Shown piece by piece: positions 1 through 10,415 of a stretch of DNA of 64,000 nucleotides. Source of the DNA: an uncultured Clostridium sp. GTDB taxonomy: Bacteria; Bacillota; Clostridia; Clostridiales; Clostridiaceae. Every line of letters begins with the position of its first letter. The first letter of the stretch is position 1. The notes beneath the pieces were generated by a model that was not told the origin of the DNA, did not search any database, and worked only from the letters and a program-made list of their open reading frames with translations. Both the position numbers and the translations under genes were made by a program. The stretch spans positions 28,085 through 92,084 of the forward strand of contig CAURJV010000011.1 in assembly GCA_963524945.1 (NCBI GenBank), read 5' to 3'.

Positions 1-51
1 AAGGTGCTACAGATAGAGACAGAATTTAGACAACCTACTAAATATTTATAG
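1..51 (+). CDS. 3' end of an upstream CDS (partial, product unknown)
   Basis: Frame 1 reads KVLQIETEFRQPTKYL then TAG at 49-51; too short to identify. Confidence 0.35.
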   Translation, partial: KVLQIETEFRQPTKYL

Positions 52-144
52 TAATAATGCTGATTAAAGAGGATAAGGCTTTTATTGTTTTTTAAAAATT
101 CTTATACTGCAGATTAGCATAGGAAAAGTGATAGAAAACTATTA

Positions 145-173
145 TTGACAAAAATTATACTATAAGATATCAT
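145..173 (+). promoter_or_regulatory. Sigma-A-like promoter upstream of the valS leader
   Basis: TTGACA (145-150), 17-bp spacer, TATCAT (168-173). Confidence 0.6.
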
Positions 174-256
174 AAGTGAGAGTTCAAATTTCATGTTTAA
201 CTGTTTAAAGTTACTCACTGATTTTATGTGAGCTTAAGTAATAATATAATATATAA

Positions 257-633
257 AAGCAATGAAAAAGAGGAGTAAAAATTTTTAGGCATTTAAAGGA
301 AACTCATAAAAAATTGAGGAGTACAGTTCTTTTTGCTAAATTCATAGGATAAGAAAGCTCACTCAGACGAGCTGAGGAGTACAATTCTTTGAACTAAATT
401 ATAGATTTAGAAAGAATTAGCAAGAACTAGGAAGAGAGAGGGAGTTGCTGAAAACCCTTATGCAGAAAATTTTGAAGGTAGCTTTTGAGCTTCTTTAGTG
501 AAATAATAGTAGCTAAAGACGGTTTGTCTGAATCGTTATTTAAATTAAGAGTCCATTAATGCAGTAATTCTGTATATGTGGAAATAAAGGTGGTACCGCG
601 AGCTTTCGTCCTTTTGTGATGAGGGCTCTTTTT
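257..633 (+). promoter_or_regulatory. T-box riboswitch leader, Val specifier
   Basis: Stem I base AAGC/GCTT, AGTA motif, AG-rich bulge 433-438, GCTGA distal loop 447-451, specifier GTA (Val) at 478-480, Stem II CTTTAG..CTAAAG, T-box AAGGTGGTACCGCG 587-600, terminator with T-run to ~633; upstream of valS. Confidence 0.93.
302..414 (+). repeat. Imperfect tandem duplication (~55-nt units) inside the T-box leader
   Basis: 302-357 and 361-414 share ACTCA..TGAGGAGTACA.TTCTTT...CTAAATT.ATAG....AGAAAG. Confidence 0.85.
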
Positions 634-743
634 GCGTTGAGAATCCAAAAGTGAGAATGGAAATTTTATATTTGGTTATTCGAAAGCCCCAGTGAGTGAC
701 TGTGAGTCGGGGTTAATTTATTAAGACATAGCAATTACAGTAC

Positions 744-807
744 ATATTCTAAAGAATATATATTCTTAGGGATAAATATTCTTTACAATATTTATTGTTT
801 AGAATAT
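744..807. repeat. Four tandem 16-bp quasi-palindromic units
   Basis: ATATTCTAAAGAATAT / ATATTCTTAGGGATAA / ATATTCTTTACAATAT / TTATTGTTTAGAATAT at exact 16-bp period. Confidence 0.6.
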
Positions 808-857
808 AAAAATTTAACAAGTTAATTGTTAGTTTAACTAAGTTTGGAGGAATGAAA

Positions 858-3503
858 ATGTCAGAAGAAATAAAAAACATATCAACTACATATGACCCAA
901 AAGAATTTGAAGATAGGATTTATAAAAACTGGGAAGAAAAAGGTTATTTTACACCAGTAATTGATAAAAATAAGAAGCCATATACTATTATAATGCCGCC
1001 GCCAAATATAACTGGGCAGCTACACTTAGGGCATGCATTTGATGATACGCTTCAAGATATGCTTATTAGATTTAAGAGAATGCAAGGTTACTCTACATTA
1101 TGGTTACCTGGAGAAGACCATGCTTCTATTGCAACAGAAGTTAAAGTTGCAAATCAATTAGCAGAACAAGGTTATGATAAGAAAGAAATGGGAAGAGAAG
1201 CATTCCTTGAAAAAGTTTGGGAATGGAGTGACAAATATAGAGCTACAATAAGAAATCAAGTTAAAAAGCTTGGAGTATCTGCAGACTTTACAAGAGAAGC
1301 ATTTACAATGGATGAAAATCTTAGCGCTGCTGTAAAACATGTATTTGTTAAGCTTTATAATGAAGGATTAATATATCAAGGAAATAGAATAACTAATTGG
1401 TGTACACACTGCCAAACAGCATTATCAGATGCAGAAATTGAATATGAAGAACAAGCAGGGCATTTCTGGCATATCAATTACCCATTAGCTGATGGAAGCG
1501 GGTTTATTGAAATAGCAACAACTAGACCTGAAACATTACTTGGAGATAGTGGTGTAGCTGTAAATCCTAATGATGAAAGATATAAACACCTTATAGGCAA
1601 AACTGTAATACTTCCTCTAGTTAACAGGGAAATTCCTATAGTTGGAGATGAATATGTAGATTTAGAATTTGGAACTGGTGCAGTTAAGATGACTCCAGCT
1701 CATGATCCTAACGACTTTGAAGTTGGTAAAAGACATAACTTAGAAATCATAAGAGTAATGGATGATAAGGGAATTATTAATGAAAAAGGTGGCAAATATA
1801 AAGGTCTAGATAGATATGAAGCAAGAAAAGCCATAGTTAAGGATTTAGAAGAAGCAGGTCTTTTAGTTAAGATAAAAGATCACGCTCATAACGTTGGAAC
1901 TCATGATAGATGTGGAACTACAGTAGAACCTATAATCTCAAAACAATGGTATGTTAAGATGGAAAGTCTTGCAAAGCCAGCGGTAGAAGTAGTTAGGAAT
2001 GGCAAAACTAAATTTGTTCCTGAAAGATTTGATAAGATATACTTCAACTGGATGGAAAATATCCAAGACTGGTGTATTTCAAGACAATTATGGTGGGGAC
2101 ATAGAATTCCAGTATACTATTGTCAAGATTGTGGAGAAATGATGGTACTTGAAGATGCTCCAAAGGCATGTACTAAATGTGGAAGCTCTAATATAGAACA
2201 AGATAATGATGTACTTGATACATGGTTCTCTTCAGCATTATGGCCATTCTCAACACTTGGCTGGCCAAACAAAACAGAAGACTTAGAATACTTCTATCCA
2301 ACAAGTACATTAGTTACAGGACATGATATTATCTTCTTCTGGGTTGCAAGAATGATATTCTCAGGACTTCACTGCATGGGAGAAACTCCATTTAATACAG
2401 TTCTTATTCATGGTTTAATTAGAGATTCTCAAGGTAGAAAGATGAGTAAATCTTTAGGAAATGGTGTTGATCCACTAGAAGTAATTGAAACTTATGGTGC
2501 TGATGCCTTAAGATTTATGATAGCTACTGGTAATGCTCCAGGAAATGATATGAGATATTATCCTGAAAGAGTTGAATCATCAAGAAACTTTGCAAATAAG
2601 ATTTGGAATGCTTCAAGATTTGTAATGATGAACCTTGATAAAGAAGTAATGAACAAATATAAAGAATGCAAAGAATATTCTTTAGCTGATAAGTGGATAT
2701 TATCAGAAATGAATACTTTAATAAAAGAAGTAACAGAAAACATGGAAAAATATGAACTTGGAATTGCTATGCAAAAAGTTTATGACTTTATGTGGACTGA
2801 ATTCTGTGATTGGTATATAGAACTTGTTAAACCTGTATTCTATGGAGAAGATGAGAAAGCTAAGGGAATAGTTTACAACGTATTAAATACAGTTTTAATT
2901 ACAGGATTAAAATTATTACACCCAGCTATGCCATTTATAACAGAAGAAATATTCACTCACTTAAGTGATGAGGAAACTATAACAACTTCAGCTTGGCCTG
3001 AATTTGACGAAGCTTTAGTAAATAAAGAAGCAGAAGATGATATGGCATTTGTAATTGAAGCTATAAAAGGTTTAAGAAATGTTAGAGCTGAAATGAACGT
3101 ACCACCTTCAAGAAAGGCAAAAGTAATCTGCTATATAGCTGAGGATGCTAAAAAAGCATTTAACTCAGGTGTAGCATACATTGAAAAGTTAGCGTCTGCA
3201 TCAGAGGTAGAATTTATAAGTGATAAGGCTAATGTTCCTGCAAATGCTGTATCTTTAGTTGTTAAAGGTGGAGAATTATTCATGCCACTACTTGATCTTG
3301 TAGATAAAGATAAGGAATTAGATAGATTAAATAAAGAAGCAAAGAAACTAGAAGGGGAAATTGATAGAATAGATAAAAAGCTAGGAAATCAAGGTTTTGT
3401 TGCTAAAGCACCAGCAACAGTTGTTGACGCTGAAAAAGAAAAGAGAGTTAAGTATGTTGAAATGTTAGAAGCTGTTAAAGTTAGAATTGAAGCTTTAAAA
3501 TAA
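858..3503 (+). CDS. valS: Valine--tRNA ligase
   Basis: [13 protein letters not shown] (HIGH), [18 protein letters not shown]-terminal coiled coil; start moved to 858 for GGAGG spacing. Confidence 0.98.
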   Translation: MSEEIKNISTTYDPKEFEDRIYKNWEEKGYFTPVIDKNKKPYTIIMPPPNITGQLHLGHAFDDTLQDMLIRFKRMQGYSTLWLPGEDHASIATEVKVANQLAEQGYDKKEMGREAFLEKVWEWSDKYRATIRNQVKKLGVSADFTREAFTMDENLSAAVKHVFVKLYNEGLIYQGNRITNWCTHCQTALSDAEIEYEEQAGHFWHINYPLADGSGFIEIATTRPETLLGDSGVAVNPNDERYKHLIGKTVILPLVNREIPIVGDEYVDLEFGTGAVKMTPAHDPNDFEVGKRHNLEIIRVMDDKGIINEKGGKYKGLDRYEARKAIVKDLEEAGLLVKIKDHAHNVGTHDRCGTTVEPIISKQWYVKMESLAKPAVEVVRNGKTKFVPERFDKIYFNWMENIQDWCISRQLWWGHRIPVYYCQDCGEMMVLEDAPKACTKCGSSNIEQDNDVLDTWFSSALWPFSTLGWPNKTEDLEYFYPTSTLVTGHDIIFFWVARMIFSGLHCMGETPFNTVLIHGLIRDSQGRKMSKSLGNGVDPLEVIETYGADALRFMIATGNAPGNDMRYYPERVESSRNFANKIWNASRFVMMNLDKEVMNKYKECKEYSLADKWILSEMNTLIKEVTENMEKYELGIAMQKVYDFMWTEFCDWYIELVKPVFYGEDEKAKGIVYNVLNTVLITGLKLLHPAMPFITEEIFTHLSDEETITTSAWPEFDEALVNKEAEDDMAFVIEAIKGLRNVRAEMNVPPSRKAKVICYIAEDAKKAFNSGVAYIEKLASASEVEFISDKANVPANAVSLVVKGGELFMPLLDLVDKDKELDRLNKEAKKLEGEIDRIDKKLGNQGFVAKAPATVVDAEKEKRVKYVEMLEAVKVRIEALK

Positions 3504-3520
3504 TTTTAATGAAATTCAGT

Positions 3521-3570
3521 AAAAGATATTACTAAGTTCCTTGGAGCTTGGTAATATCTTTTTATTTTTT
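3521..3570 (+). terminator. Intrinsic terminator after valS
   Basis: AAAAGATATTACTAAGTTCC-tt-GGAGCTTGGTAATATCTTTT stem followed by T-run. Confidence 0.85.
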
Positions 3571-3768
3571 AAAGGTTTTACTCTGAAAGATAAGCGTGCT
3601 ATTAGAGCATATAAACAAACATGCAATAAATTATTAGCATCATAATAATTTCAATTATTGTATAGTTAGTAAGATAAAAAAGTTAAAAATTTTTGCAAGG
3701 TAAGGATATAATAGAAGGATTATTAATATATATAATTCTAGAATAATATATATGGAGGCGTTTGAATT

Positions 3769-4620
3769 TTGAAAACGAGAAGGCATTTACTTAACTTAAT
3801 TTTTTGGATATCCTTATCAATCTTATTTAATATTATTATATATTACACAAGAGGTGAAACATCAGCAATAGAATATTTTGGGGGTTACATAGTAGAAATG
3901 TCGTTAAGTCTAGATAATTTGTTTTTATTTCTAATGATATTTTCGAGCTTTAGAATACAAGAAGAATATCAGGAAAGGATACTTTTATATGGCGTTATAG
4001 GAGCTATGGTGCTAAGGCTGATTTTCATTTTACTTGGCGTAGCTATGGTAAATAAATTTAGTTTTATATTATCTATATTTGGAGTATTATTGCTACTTAG
4101 TGGTATAAAAATATTTCTTAGGGAAGATGATAATATTCAATTTCATGATAACTTTGCAGTCAAAATTTTAAGAAGGATAATGCCTATAACAAATGTTTTG
4201 CATGGGAATAAATTTTTTGTTAGGAAGAATAAGGTTATTTATGCTACACCACTTTTTATAGTGCTTTTAATAATAGAATTCTCAGATATTATTTTTGCAA
4301 TAGATTCAATACCGGCTATTTTTTCAATAACAACGGATACTTTCATAGTTTATACCTCTAATATTTTTGCAATTTTAGGACTTAGAAGTATGTATTATAT
4401 ATTAGAAAAAATGAATAATATGTTTAAGTTTATGAAATATGGAGTGGGATGTATATTAATTTTTACGGGAATAAAGCTAGTAATATTATTTTGGAAAATT
4501 GAAATTTCAGTTACCAATTCTGTATTAATTATATTGTCTATTTTATTGGCTAGTATACTAATATCGCTATTATGGAGTGAATTTGATAAGTTTAGAAATT
4601 GGTGCAAAAAACGATCATAA
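3769..4620 (+). CDS. TerC/Alx family membrane protein
   Basis: EMSLSLDNLFLF, DIIFAIDSIPA, YTSNIFAILGLRS motifs; TTG start with GGAGG. Confidence 0.9.
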   Translation: MKTRRHLLNLIFWISLSILFNIIIYYTRGETSAIEYFGGYIVEMSLSLDNLFLFLMIFSSFRIQEEYQERILLYGVIGAMVLRLIFILLGVAMVNKFSFILSIFGVLLLLSGIKIFLREDDNIQFHDNFAVKILRRIMPITNVLHGNKFFVRKNKVIYATPLFIVLLIIEFSDIIFAIDSIPAIFSITTDTFIVYTSNIFAILGLRSMYYILEKMNNMFKFMKYGVGCILIFTGIKLVILFWKIEISVTNSVLIILSILLASILISLLWSEFDKFRNWCKKRS

Positions 4621-4816
4621 TTATTTTTAATTCTACTAATTTTAAAAGGAGTACAATTGTTTTTCTGAATAATTATGAAACAAAATTATTGCAAGGATTT
4701 TTTTGTTTAGCTTTTAATTAGTCATTTCACTACAATTAAGATATAATGTAAAGTAAATACATATTATTTAGAATTTGCATTTATAGAAAAACATAAAAGA
4801 CAAAGAGGTAAGAAAA

Positions 4817-6130
4817 ATGAGCATGACTTATAAAGACGCAATGGATTATATTACAAGTGTGGGGAAGTTTGGATCTAATTATGGACTTGAAAGAACTTTT
4901 AGAATTTTAGAGTTACTCGGAAATCCCCATGAAAAACTCAAGCTTATTCATATTGCAGGAACTAACGGCAAGGGATCAACTACAGCTATGATATCAAAAA
5001 TGTTAATTGGAATGGGATATAAAGTAGGAATGTATACATCCCCATATTTAGAAGAATTTGAAGAAAGAATTCAAATAAATGGGATTAATATTAGCAAAAA
5101 ATCCTTAGTAGATTTAGTGGAAGAAATTAAACTAGTAGTTAATAAAGTAATTGAAGAAGGATATGAGCATCCTACTGAGTTTGAAATTATAACTGCTTTA
5201 ATGTTCTTATATTTCTATAGAGAGAAAATAGATTATGGAGTAATTGAGGTGGGCCTTGGTGGAAGACTAGATTCAACCAATGTATTAACACCTAAGGTTA
5301 GTGTAATAACTTCAGTAAGTTTAGATCATATAAATATATTAGGGGATAATTTAAAAGACATAGCAAAAGAAAAAGCCGGAATCATCAAAGAAAATATACC
5401 AGTTGTACTCTATCCTCAAAAAAAAGAGGCAGAAGAAGTAATATTAAAGATAGCGGAAGAAAAAAATTCAAAAGTATATTTTGTGAATAAGGAAAATGGA
5501 AAGTTAGTTGATATTAACTATGATGATTTTTATCAAAATGTAGTTGTTAAAAGTATCAGAAATATATATAAAGTTAAATTTCCTCTGCTTGGAGAACATC
5601 AAATATTAAATTTGGGAGTTGCTTTAAGTGCAATAGAGGTATTATGCGAGAATGAAAAAATAGAATTAGATACAAGCTTAATTGAGAAAGCATTACAAGA
5701 AGTTGTATGGATGGGAAGACTCGAGGTCTTAAAAAAGAAACCTACCATAGTAATTGATGGGGCTCATAATATAGATGGAATTAAAGCCCTTAGAAAGAAT
5801 ATAGAGAAATATTTTAAATATAATAAATTGTACTTATTACTTGGCATTTTAGCAGATAAGCAAGTAAAAGAAATGGTACAAGAAATAACTCCATTAGCTG
5901 AAAAAGTTTATGCACTTACACCACATAGTGAAAGAGCTGAACTTAGTGAAAATTTAAAAGAAGAAATCTTAAACTACAATTCAAATACTATTGCATTAGA
6001 AAGTTATGAGGATGCTTTTTCTTTAGCATTAAAAGAAGCTAAGGAAGAAGATTTAATTGTAGTTAGCGGATCATTATACATGATTGGGGATATGAGAAAA
6101 ATTATAAGAAAGAAATTTCCTCATAAGTAG
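4817..6130 (+). CDS. folC: Folylpolyglutamate synthase/dihydrofolate synthase
   Basis: HIAGTNGKGST, EVGLGGRLDSTN, IDGAHN, SGSLY. Confidence 0.95.
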   Translation: MSMTYKDAMDYITSVGKFGSNYGLERTFRILELLGNPHEKLKLIHIAGTNGKGSTTAMISKMLIGMGYKVGMYTSPYLEEFEERIQINGINISKKSLVDLVEEIKLVVNKVIEEGYEHPTEFEIITALMFLYFYREKIDYGVIEVGLGGRLDSTNVLTPKVSVITSVSLDHINILGDNLKDIAKEKAGIIKENIPVVLYPQKKEAEEVILKIAEEKNSKVYFVNKENGKLVDINYDDFYQNVVVKSIRNIYKVKFPLLGEHQILNLGVALSAIEVLCENEKIELDTSLIEKALQEVVWMGRLEVLKKKPTIVIDGAHNIDGIKALRKNIEKYFKYNKLYLLLGILADKQVKEMVQEITPLAEKVYALTPHSERAELSENLKEEILNYNSNTIALESYEDAFSLALKEAKEEDLIVVSGSLYMIGDMRKIIRKKFPHK

Positions 6131-6181
6131 AGTTGATACACATAAATATTTTCCAAAGTAGTCTAAAAAATATAAATCAAA

Positions 6182-6209
6182 AAAATTCCGAGGCAAGCTT
6201 CGGAATTTT
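6182..6209 (+). terminator. Hairpin/terminator between folC and the HIRAN gene
   Basis: AAAATTCCGAGGC-aa-GCTTCGGAATTTT. Confidence 0.6.
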
Positions 6210-6234
6210 GCTTAAAAGGAGTAATGAAAGTTAT

Positions 6235-8214
6235 ATGGTTAAGAGAGAAATAGAAAACGACAGTAATAATAAGAACTCAATCTATTACGATTTAAAAGAA
6301 TTTCATGATAGAAATCCAGATACACTGTATAGCTATCAAGACTTTGAAGTAGCTGGAAGAAGAGAATTTAAGATTATTACAAATAAGGTTCGTAAACTTC
6401 AGGATTATGAAAAGAATAGATTAGCTAGTGAACTAGTAGAACATCTGTATAATTACGCTTTGGATGAAGAAAAATTGTCAAGTGTTCATGATTATATTAC
6501 ATTAAATCCAATTATCGGTTATTATGAAAACTTGATTAAAATTTTCAAAGACTCAATGGAAAATAATAAAGAAATGTTTCAAGTAATGAGTAAGAGAGTA
6601 AGTAATTTACTTAAAGAGAGTTCGTATTCAGAAGATGTAAAATTGGGAATACTACTTTCGCCTATATGCAGTATTAAAAACTTGAAAGATATATTAAATG
6701 TGTTTTCTATTCATAATGAATATATTTTTTATACAATCAATGTCTACGAATATATTGGAAATTGCAATAATACAATTTTTGAAATTTCAAAGAAATCTAA
6801 AGGATATGGAAAGATATTTTGTATAATGAACCTTACTCCTACAACTTATGAAATAAAAAAATGGATGATAGAAGAAGGCAGTGATAATAGTGTTGGTATT
6901 ACGGAATTATTATCTTATACTATGCTTTCATTAGATCTTTTGAGTTATTTGGAAAATACAAAGTTTTCTAAAGATGAGATTGAAATTTTTGCAAAGTCTT
7001 TTAGTACATTGCTTTCGGACTATAGTTTGGATGATATTAAGAATTCAACAAAAGTTTGTAATAAGTTATTGGAAATTATTGATGATATAGGTGGTGGAAT
7101 ATATTCTTTATATGCCGTAGTTTCAATTTTATATTCAATAGAAGCTATTATTATTGATGAATATAAGAATAAAGGCGGTTCAAGTTCGTATAAGCTAAAT
7201 AATGATTATAAAGAAATAGTAGATAATTGTAAAAAAGTTTGCAAGAAAGACTTGTGGCACAATGTGATTGCTAATGAGGTGTCAAATATAGAAGTTGAGA
7301 GCAGTGTATTGATAAGTTGTGCAGATAAAACAAAGTATAAGTTTAGGAAAAGTGAGTTTGAATTAATTATAAAAAGAGATTATACAAATGCGCTTTTATA
7401 TAAATATGCATTTTCAATTGGAAATAAGTCCATAAAAAAGTGTGCTTTTAAGTTAGGATTAAAGAAACTACCAATGACTGAAATATTAAGTGGGCAGGAT
7501 GAATTAAAAATAGAAAATTTACTTTATGAGGATATAGCACAAATTTGTTTCTTTATAATTATAAAATATTCACAATATGAAGATTTTAAAGATGAATATA
7601 AGGAAATTAATCTTCGAGCGTTAAAATCACCTTTAATTGAGACTAGAATTCAAGCGGTCGCAAATCTTCAAAGATTTAAGGCAGAATTTGATTCTTTAGA
7701 TAAAGAAGCTATTAATGACGCTATTAGCACAGAGATTGTTAGTGATGTACGAAGAGCGTTAAATTCGCTTTTAATTAAATCAAGTAGTAAAAAGAATAAA
7801 AAATATGTTGAAGTTGATGAGAATATGCATATTGATGCGCATGTTAAAGATGTATATTTAACGAGTGTAAATATTGCTGGAACAAATTACTTTGATATGA
7901 GTGAAATATACAATAAATTATTAGAAGATGATATGGTCTATTTAAAAAGAGATTTTGATAATGAATATGATAAAAATGCAATTGAAATCATAACAATTGA
8001 AGGATTTGTAATGGGATATGTTCCAAAAGATAATAATTTAATATTAAAGAATCTAATAGATAAAGGTAAATATCTCTATGGAAAAATAGAAGAGATAAGC
8101 GAAGATTATAGTGTTATAAAAATTGAAATATATTTAAGTTATAAAGATGTAATTGAGGAAATAACAAGTACTTTATCATTACTATCTGGAGAGAAAGACG
8201 ATTATTTGCAATAA
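6235..8214 (+). CDS. Large hypothetical protein with C-terminal HIRAN-like domain
   Basis: C-terminal VNIAGTNY...VYLKRDFDNEYDKNAIEI...MGYVPK matches the HIRAN pattern; start moved past the hairpin to ATG 6235. Confidence 0.75.
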   Translation: MVKREIENDSNNKNSIYYDLKEFHDRNPDTLYSYQDFEVAGRREFKIITNKVRKLQDYEKNRLASELVEHLYNYALDEEKLSSVHDYITLNPIIGYYENLIKIFKDSMENNKEMFQVMSKRVSNLLKESSYSEDVKLGILLSPICSIKNLKDILNVFSIHNEYIFYTINVYEYIGNCNNTIFEISKKSKGYGKIFCIMNLTPTTYEIKKWMIEEGSDNSVGITELLSYTMLSLDLLSYLENTKFSKDEIEIFAKSFSTLLSDYSLDDIKNSTKVCNKLLEIIDDIGGGIYSLYAVVSILYSIEAIIIDEYKNKGGSSSYKLNNDYKEIVDNCKKVCKKDLWHNVIANEVSNIEVESSVLISCADKTKYKFRKSEFELIIKRDYTNALLYKYAFSIGNKSIKKCAFKLGLKKLPMTEILSGQDELKIENLLYEDIAQICFFIIIKYSQYEDFKDEYKEINLRALKSPLIETRIQAVANLQRFKAEFDSLDKEAINDAISTEIVSDVRRALNSLLIKSSSKKNKKYVEVDENMHIDAHVKDVYLTSVNIAGTNYFDMSEIYNKLLEDDMVYLKRDFDNEYDKNAIEIITIEGFVMGYVPKDNNLILKNLIDKGKYLYGKIEEISEDYSVIKIEIYLSYKDVIEEITSTLSLLSGEKDDYLQ

Positions 8215-8237
8215 AATAGCGTAGATAGAGGTTTAAT

Positions 8238-8300
8238 AAAACATAAAAACCGTGCATAAAAAAGAAAATATTTCGTTATTTATGCACGGCTTTTATGTTT
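8238..8300. terminator. Bidirectional terminator between convergent genes
   Basis: AAACATAAAAACCGTGCATAAA ... TTTATGCACGGCTTTTATGTTT inverted repeat. Confidence 0.75.
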
Positions 8301-8343
8301 GCAAAATTAAATTAATTATTGCTAAAACATTATAATGTATTTT

Positions 8344-8601
8344 TTATTTAACAGAATTTTCTGTTTTCCAAGCTAATAGTGCTTTTGATAATTGATCAGG
8401 ACAAGATGTTCCTTTATTTCTGCAATCTATTCCGCTTAGTCTTTTTATTATATCATCCACAGGCATACCTTTAACTAATTGACCAATGCCTAATAAGTTT
8501 CCAGCACATCCCCCAACAAATTCTACATTCTTAAGAATATTATTCTCAATCTCAAGATTTATCGTAGATGAACAAACACCAGTTGTTTTATATGAAAACA
8601 T
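8344..8601 (-). CDS. Stand-alone TSCPD-domain protein (TIGR03905-like)
   Basis: GVCS, FVGGCAGNL, GIDC..KGTSCPDQL; AAGGAG upstream of ATG 8601. Confidence 0.88.
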   Translation of the reverse strand: MFSYKTTGVCSSTINLEIENNILKNVEFVGGCAGNLLGIGQLVKGMPVDDIIKRLSGIDCRNKGTSCPDQLSKALLAWKTENSVK

Positions 8602-8828
8602 TCCACACACTCCTTAAAATAAAATATAACTCTATACATGAAAAGTAAGTAGTTATAAAAATTCGTATAATTTACTTACTTTGAGAATGTAATTAGTTAA
8701 GCTTCCTTCATTATACAAGAAATTTGTCAATAAATAAAGATAATGAAGTTAATAAGTTGTACCAATAATATATATTCAGAATATATTATAGATAGTAGGA
8801 TGATTATCTTAAAAAGGGGGGGAATGGA

Positions 8829-9707
8829 GTGAGTTATATTGTTTTATGTAATACTGGTTCAGATAGTTTAAATAAAATAAACACTGAGAATCTAAATACT
8901 CAAAATATAGTTTTGTCTATTGGTGACGGTCCATTTGGCCCTCATGGATTATCATTGTATAAAGATAAGATTTTAGTTGCGAATAACTATAATAACAGTA
9001 TATCATTGATAGATTTTAATAGTTTCAAAGAAGAAGGTAATATATATGTAGGAGCGCACCCAAATGATATAGTGGCTTATAATGATATTGCTTATGTTTC
9101 GTGTGGGGAATCCAACTCTTTAATAATATATGATCTGATAAATGAGAGAATTAATTTTGAAATACCAACAGGAAAATTCCCTCATAATATCACATTACTG
9201 GAAGATAGAAATGCAGTTTTTATAAGTAATATGGGAGATGACAGCATATCTATAATTGATTATGTAAATAATAAGGAGATAAAACGAATTAAAGTGGAAA
9301 GTACTCCTGTAAAAATAAGTGTATCAAAAAATAAAAAATATTTATACGTATGTATGAGTTATCTTGGGCATGACAAAAATGGGAGTATAGGAATCATAGA
9401 TTTAAAGACTCTTGAATTAATAAATAAAATCCAAGTTGGATATTCACCAGTAGATCTATTTGAAGAAGACAACGTACTATATGTTTCTAATTTATGTGAT
9501 GGTTCAATAAGTATTGTAAATTTAAATGAACTTAAAGAAGAAGCTAAGATTAATATTGGCGGAATGCCTAGGGGAATAGTAAAATCTAAAGAGAACATAT
9601 TTGTTGGAGATCTTTTGAATGGAGTACTAAAGATAGTAAATATAAAAGATAGGAGAATAAAAACCATACCAATAGGAAATGAACCCAATGGTATGACTTT
9701 AACCTAA
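8829..9707 (+). CDS. YncE/YVTN-type beta-propeller protein
   Basis: Repeated I.VG..P..I...YV.N units. Confidence 0.8.
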   Translation: MSYIVLCNTGSDSLNKINTENLNTQNIVLSIGDGPFGPHGLSLYKDKILVANNYNNSISLIDFNSFKEEGNIYVGAHPNDIVAYNDIAYVSCGESNSLIIYDLINERINFEIPTGKFPHNITLLEDRNAVFISNMGDDSISIIDYVNNKEIKRIKVESTPVKISVSKNKKYLYVCMSYLGHDKNGSIGIIDLKTLELINKIQVGYSPVDLFEEDNVLYVSNLCDGSISIVNLNELKEEAKINIGGMPRGIVKSKENIFVGDLLNGVLKIVNIKDRRIKTIPIGNEPNGMTLT

Positions 9708-9723
9708 ATCGATAAAAGTAACT

Positions 9724-10248
9724 TTAATTAATTAATAAACTTATTATATTAGTATAAATTTCAGAAGGATTGTCTTTCCATTTAGCACAAATTGAAGTAG
9801 CCTGATTTTTAGATGGAACTGATAGCTTTAATTCCATTAGTAATGAGTCATCTTCTACAGCTTTAAGGTTAACGATAAAACTGTCGTTTGCACCTAATGT
9901 ATAATCAGAATGTATTGTTAATTCCTTTTTTATAGACTCTATTTTTTCTTTTATATAGTCATTAATAGTAGACATTTTTGAAGGGGATATTCTATCTTGA
10001 AATAAAGAGAGAACATTATCTCCTTTTTCTGTTAATATCAATAATTTTTTATCATTTACATCATGATATTCAACGAATTTAGATTCCTCAAGCTCTGATA
10101 AATATTGTTGGAATGTAAAATAATTAATAAAGTTATTTTCAAGAATTATTTCAGTAAGCTGAGTATTTGATATAGGATTTTTTATTGATTTTAAAACATA
10201 TAACATTAATAACTTATTTTCTGCTAATTCTGATGAACTTTCGTACAT
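9724..10248 (-). CDS. DUF4364-like winged-helix protein
   Basis: KLLMLYVL..NYFTFQQYLSEL..LTEKG pattern; GGAGG upstream of ATG 10248. Confidence 0.75.
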   Translation of the reverse strand: MYESSSELAENKLLMLYVLKSIKNPISNTQLTEIILENNFINYFTFQQYLSELEESKFVEYHDVNDKKLLILTEKGDNVLSLFQDRISPSKMSTINDYIKEKIESIKKELTIHSDYTLGANDSFIVNLKAVEDDSLLMELKLSVPSKNQATSICAKWKDNPSEIYTNIISLLIN

Positions 10249-10350
10249 AATTACCTCCATAATTGATGAAAATCTCCTTTTATTATAACACAAATTTTTT
10301 TTTAGTGAATAGGAGTATATCATAATTTATAAGTTTAAGTTTACTTAATA

Positions 10351-10378
10351 GCATAAAAAAATATGTAATGCATATAGT
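10351..10378 (+). promoter_or_regulatory. Putative sigma-E sporulation promoter
   Basis: GCATAA-N14-CATATAGT upstream of the pdaB-like gene. Confidence 0.5.
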
Positions 10379-10415
10379 TTAAATATAAAATATAAAGTTA
10401 AAAGGAGCAGGGAAA

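Noticed and set aside
302..414. T-box insert repeats as a mini CRISPR array
   Set aside because: Only two degenerate units, no unique spacers, no cas genes in the window
3570..3768. yybP-ykoY (Mn) riboswitch upstream of the TerC/Alx gene
   Set aside because: Region is AT-rich with no recognisable conserved core or stems
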